Shown piece by piece: positions 59,001-64,000 of a DNA stretch of 64,000 nt. Positions within the stretch are counted from its first letter, which is position 1. Each line of letters opens with the position of its first letter. Source of the stretch: Botryllus schlosseri (Eukaryota); assembly GCA_051294905.1 (NCBI GenBank), contig CM119381.1, positions 15,128,001 through 15,192,000 of the forward strand, in the 5' to 3' direction. The translations under genes were made by a program, and so were the position numbers. The notes beneath the pieces were generated by a model. The model ran no database searches and had not been told where the DNA came from. It saw only the letters and a program-made list of their open reading frames with translations.

Positions 59001-62000
59001 CATCGCGAATCTGCCCGATAGCAGAATGGAGGGATGGCTGAACGTCAATTTTGAACCTATAAAACAGGTTTGCAGTGCGATTTTGCAGAGGTTTTCTTTC
59101 TATGACTATGTTGTCTCTGACTATTACAGGTCTTGACGACGTACGCGAGTAAATGGATGTGGACCTTCACCAAATATCTCAGCGACCAGGTAATGTAGCA
59201 TCAGATTTGGTGCGACTGTGTTGAAAGAGGCTGGTCGCGATTTAAACTATAAAAGTTTGGTATTGCCCGTCCATGCATTGTGTCGGACTCGTGATTAAGA
59301 CCATATCACTTGACTTAAGATTTTGAAAATATTTAGTCTCTAGTTACCAAATGACTGGAATGAAATTTGAAATTTACATAACATATACCAGTAAGCGAAG
59401 ATGTGAGATTGTAAAATCGGAGCTCGTGATGACGAAAGAGAAGCAATGAGGGATCTGGGAACCAATAAATCAATAATAGTCAGATTATATTTTCATCTGT
59501 CCAAGACACACACACACAATGTACAATGCGATATACAAGACACACAATGCGATGTAATGAACAGATAGGGGTATGCTGAACGACCAACCAGTTGGGGTCT
59601 CTTAAACTAGCATCCTCCTCGACCTATTGCCCGATGTCACAGTCTTCGTCGATATTATTCTTTCTCGGTCCTTTTTAGAAGCTTTTTCTTGATCTTTTCT
59701 TTCTTTATCGTGTCTCTTTTTTTCTGTGCTTTTTTGTCACGGGTAGGGCTGGGCACAATGATTCGAGTACTCGAATCTGAATCGAGTATTAATTTTGATG
59801 ATTCGAGTCGAGTAGTAAAAGACGATTTTTTCGAGTACTGAAATTATACGCTCCTCTCCACTGAAAGTTAATTTACTAGTTATAGTTTTGGTAATATTTT
59901 CCAATGAGGAAGCCTTAAAACCTTGATTGGCGGCATCTCAGCATACGAGACATAGTACAAAGCTAGGAACGTTACTGGAAATAACACATTTCCGAAGTCA
60001 TGATCATCCCACCACATTGTCAAGAAGTGCAATGAAATCGGGATGGTCGAAAAAATACCAAAGTCTCTTTAATGTGACGGATAAGAGGCATTATGTTCTT
60101 CGTGATGGCATAAAAGGTACATATTTTAACTTTGACATAGTACATTCGGTTGTGACGTCATAATGAGTGATACTCGAATACTCGACTCGACTCGTAGCAT
60201 TTTACGTGATTCAGAATCGAATCACTCAGGTACTCGATTTTGCCCAGCCCTAGTCGCAGGGGACGAGGATCCCAAAATAACCTCCAACGGCGGGACTCGA
60301 ACCCTGGCCGCCTGCCTGCGTAGATGGCGCTGACACTCATCACTACGCTATCTCCGCCGAACCACCAGTTCCTTGATTAAGAACTGAAATAGCATTTTTC
60401 TGCGTCCGAACAACATTTATCTCAGCTAATTCGTTGTGTTTCAGGGCAGGGTTCGGCAACCTTTTATGACTGAATAGTTTTCAAAACGAATTTGAATGAA
60501 ACTGGATTGAAAATTTATTACAGCGCAGAAACTATAATGGTGCCCACTGCCCAGTAAGGCAGTAACATACGTTCTGATTAGCATACATTTTTTGAAAATT
60601 GGTTTAGTAGTCTTGACCACTACAAGTCTGAACTTTGACTTATATTGCAAATATATACGAATTTGACACGGAGCATAGGATGTTTTAGGGAATCATCCTA
60701 TTTGGTGAAATAGGGGGTTAATAGCATTGACATATAATATGAAGTGGTCACTGATTGTGTCCTGCACTGATTCCAAAAGCTCAAATAACTTCAAAATAAC
60801 ACCAACCGTTCAACTATGATATAACGCTTCATGTTGCTGAAAATATCACTCCAGTCCAGCGACGTTTGTACCGTAGGTCACTGAGTCGTTGGACACTCTT
60901 GCAAATTTCCTCGCTCGTACGGAACCCGAGATCGAAAGCATCACTGGCGAAGAACGGGACACGGCTTCGTTCATGAAGATGATGAGACTGTTCAACGAAG
61001 TGTCGGCACAGCAACAGGATATGGATGAAAGGTAGGACTGACTTGGACTGTGTTGGCGAAGGCGTTTTAGGAAGGATTAGATGTGTGACTGGAGTAACTT
61101 GAGAAGCCGGAAAGCAGGACATGTTCTTCCAATTATCCTAAAAAGGTCAACGCAGGGTGACGTACCTTCCGGGCAGAAAATTAAGACAAAGTCTCTATTT
61201 GTAATCATGCAGACGAAGATTTATCTACTGCTATATCAACTTTATTACTATGATAGCATTTATTTTTCATTAAAAGGTGCGATGCAGCCCAGTTTGTTAG
61301 ACAATTTCACTCCTAAAAGTGATGCGAATCTAACCATGCATTGCTTTCTACACGACAAAATCTCAAATGTATAATGTAAGTGGGCAGGCCTCAAAAACTG
61401 TTTAAGTAGAATGGAAGTAGCCGTCACCACTGTTGTAGGTAGTGCGAAAATATTATTTTCATTTGCCAAATTGATCTAACTCGTTTCGACTGACTCTCGT
61501 GAGGAGCTAATGTCAGTGAATGAGGTTATTCAAATTCGAAATATAGAAAGATTTGTCATAGTGACAAAATGACAAGTAAATCTTTTTGTATTTTGAATCC
61601 GATTCCGTGAGTGTGATAACCAGTCGAAATGTCTAATAAAATGGAATAAAATGGCAATAGGTATACACTTTTTTTACAATATTGAAGTTTTGTACCTTCA
61701 GAAGGTATAAGTGGTGCAAGTACGCAACTCCTACTTCGGTACTCCAAAAAAGTAGAAGTACTCAGTTACTGACCACTTTTTGTCTTAGACGTGAGTGATT
61801 AGGATCCATGCCGAGGTATGCAATGCAATTTCAGATTTGCGGTTATGCATCGCACCGTTCATCTGCTGGAAAGGTATGACATGAAGCTCTCAAACGACAC
61901 CCAAAAAATGTTCAACTCCGCGCCCGATCGTTGGAACCACCTCAAGACCAAAGTGTCTTTGGCAAAGCAACGTCTCGGACCGAGAATCCAAGTATGACCT

Positions 62001-64000
62001 TGTGAAAAAATCCAATTCAAACCGCGATCCATAACCCTTGAAACGCAGGAGGAGTCTGCCAGAATCACAAGGGACCTGCTTCGTTTCGGGGAAAGGATCG
62101 CGCATCTATCCACGGAACTGCGATCGTCCGAGATATTCTCGCGAGAGTGTCCGATCTACACCGCGATGGACAGTATCGACAATTTCATGAAGACATTGAA
62201 ACACCTACAGGCCGAGGCACAGGACTTGATTGAATTGCAGGTACCTTACTTTATCAGAGCCCAATGCAGTGATACTCAACGGGTAGAATTTGAAAATGAA
62301 TTTTGCGGACCGGTGGAGCTTCAAAATTCACAATTAACCTGAACTAAGTCCAAAGTAGATCAACAATAAGCTCAATATTACGACAGGATGAAGAAAATAA
62401 GTTCCAAATTAGAAATCAGTTTAAAATTTGATGTTGCATTTCTCTAATTAATGTACAACGTCCAACCTATTGCATTTTGCAATTGAGAACGTACTATATC
62501 TTGTGGACCGGCCACAAAGTTGACATGAACCGTCACCAGATCGCTGACCTAGTGTATACACAGAGAAAGTCAGCTGCAATGAAAAAAATATACTCACATT
62601 CGTACACAAGCAGCACATTCGCGTACATAATCTACTGGTTTGTAACAGGAACTTCTCGAGGCGGCCGTCGTGAATTTCTCGTTCTTACCGCAACACCAAA
62701 AAGACTTGAAGAATTTGAAGATTACGTGGGAACTCAAGCGTGGCTGCGAAGCCGAGCAGAGGCAATGGAAATCGAAGCATTGGCAGAATATCGACACCAA
62801 GCATCTGCAGCAGGCGATAAAGCGGCAGAAAGAATCGATCCAGTCGCTGCCGCAAGAGGTTAAATTGTAGATATAGGATTGCCTAATGTGATCTTGTCAC
62901 TGAATGTAGAAAAACCTGCATGTTGAAGACATACTGATAGCATAACAGCCTGTTGATTTAGAATATGTATCTAGTGTTTGGACAACTGACTATAATTCTG
63001 TATAGGAATCGTTTTTGATGACTGGCTACATCTAATGTTTGCCAAATTTGATTATGATTTCGTTTTCAAATTCTTCTTATGACGAGCAGTAGAAACTTAT
63101 ATGCCTTGTAGCAAAATCTGGACATGTTTTTGTCTGCTTTCTAGCATAATGACTTTTATGTGTATGTTCATAATTAGAACTTCTCTTTCAATATATCTAG
63201 CATTTTCAGGCCTTTCGGTTCCAAATGTAGGTCGTTCCCAACTTTAGTTCTCTTAAATTTTAGACGGATCATGGCAATAACCTATGCAGAGACACACACA
63301 CATCTTAATGAAGAAATAGAGCTCAAATTGAATGGGTGGAATAACCATCACATGTATTGAGCCATTTTATTTGTTTCGCCTCACCATTTTGAAATATGTC
63401 CGTGTCTGTGCTCAGGTCCGTGCTTGGGATGTATATCATGGCCTCTTGGAGTCCACCACCATCATTGAGCAATGCCTCCCACTTGTGGAGGATTTGAATC
63501 ATCCGGCCATGAGAACGAGACATTGGAAACAGTTGGTCCGTGTTACCGGTTAGTAGTGTAGTGTATAAACTACATACTGATGTATCGACTAACATTGTCC
63601 CGTACCTTACAGGGGGCTTGCTACAAACTGATACCGACAGTCTCCGAAAGATGATATTGGGTGATTTACTCGAACTGGGACTCCAAAAACATGGGGAAGA
63701 AGTTAAAGCAATTGTACAAAGGGCTATAAAAGGTTAGAGATATCAATATGTTTGATTTATTTTGTGGAGTGTTGTCAAACTCATTTCCAGTATGGTGCGC
63801 ATCAGTAATCAGCCTAACACTATCCTATCTCTGAAAATGATGAAATAAAATTAATTGACGGTCTGTGACATTCCTTGCACAGATTTGACGATTGAAAATT
63901 CATTGAAGACATGCGAAGAAGTATGGCTCGGAAAAGTTTTCGACCTGCAACCACACACTGGTGGAATGTTCCGCGCGCAAAGTGCAGAGTTAGAAGCCGG
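44014..64000 (+). CDS. Dynein heavy chain, 5' part (DHC_N1 tail and start of DHC_N2), axonemal outer-arm-like but divergent; about 27 exons, running off the window
   Basis: Exon peptides match dynein tail motifs: VHVLESAVIGWIRQIK (46423-), PLLHTVLLMWRHSDYY (47130-), KVGGAGSRAL (48320-), RNMPPTVSKLFW (49532-), KVNLDPKLLEMLRDIKYL (about 51280), GWLNVNFEPIKQ (about 59030), LNHPAMRTRHWKQL (63416-), LTIENSLKTCEEVW (63883-). GT-AG phases were consistent where checked. Confidence 0.95.
51805..52014. mobile_element. Small Buster-type MITE (relative at 56787-57066)
   Basis: CAGTGGTTCCCAAA / TTTGGGAACCTCTG with TSD TTCTAGGC/TTCTAGTC. The second copy has TSD ACCTACAC/ACCTACAT. Confidence 0.85.
52526..55254. 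mobile_element. TA-flanked (Tc1/mariner/pogo-type) non-autonomous element containing the core repeat and a nested hAT element
   Basis: TA|CCGTAATTTTCCA ... TGGAAAATTACGG|TA with ATTATACATGGG subterminal motifs. Confidence 0.8.
53056..54835. mobile_element. Buster-type hAT element nested in 52526-55254
   Basis: TIRs CAGTGGTTCTTAACCTT / AAGGTTAAGAACCACTG, perfect TSD GCCTAAAC, GGGGGCGCTGG subterminal motifs. Confidence 0.95.
59744..60252. mobile_element. hAT MITE splitting a SINE in a dynein intron
   Basis: TAGGGCTGGGCA / TGCCCAGCCCTA with degenerate TSD GTCACGGG/GTCGCAGG. Confidence 0.85.

Overview
This is animal (metazoan) genomic DNA with short GT-AG introns and a very high transposon load; the species cannot be determined from the sequence. 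There is no prokaryotic content, CRISPR array or rRNA. I reconstructed four host-type genes by matching splice phases by hand. (1) A spliced piggyBac-derived gene on + (about 4.3/4.5-14.1 kb) with no TIRs and Asn at the third catalytic Asp position. (2) A DC-STAMP-domain gene most like DCST1/sneaky on - (7 exons, 30706 to about 19860; 3' half not found). (3) A 3-exon, 148-aa gene on + (39416-40631) that I cannot assign to a family. (4) The 5' part of a divergent axonemal-type dynein heavy chain on + (44014 to the window end), preceded by an RFX X-box. The rest is nested mobile DNA: a young non-autonomous Ty3/Gypsy element (gag plus integrase, protease/RT/RNase H deleted, identical 135-bp LTRs) inside a layered hAT nest; a decayed Penelope-like element; Buster-, Ac- and Tol2-like hAT MITEs with 8-bp TSDs; tRNA-derived SINEs; and a recurrent tandem-repeat 'core' that sits inside unrelated TIR shells and repeatedly receives insertions. 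Coordinates were counted by eye and may be off by a few bases.
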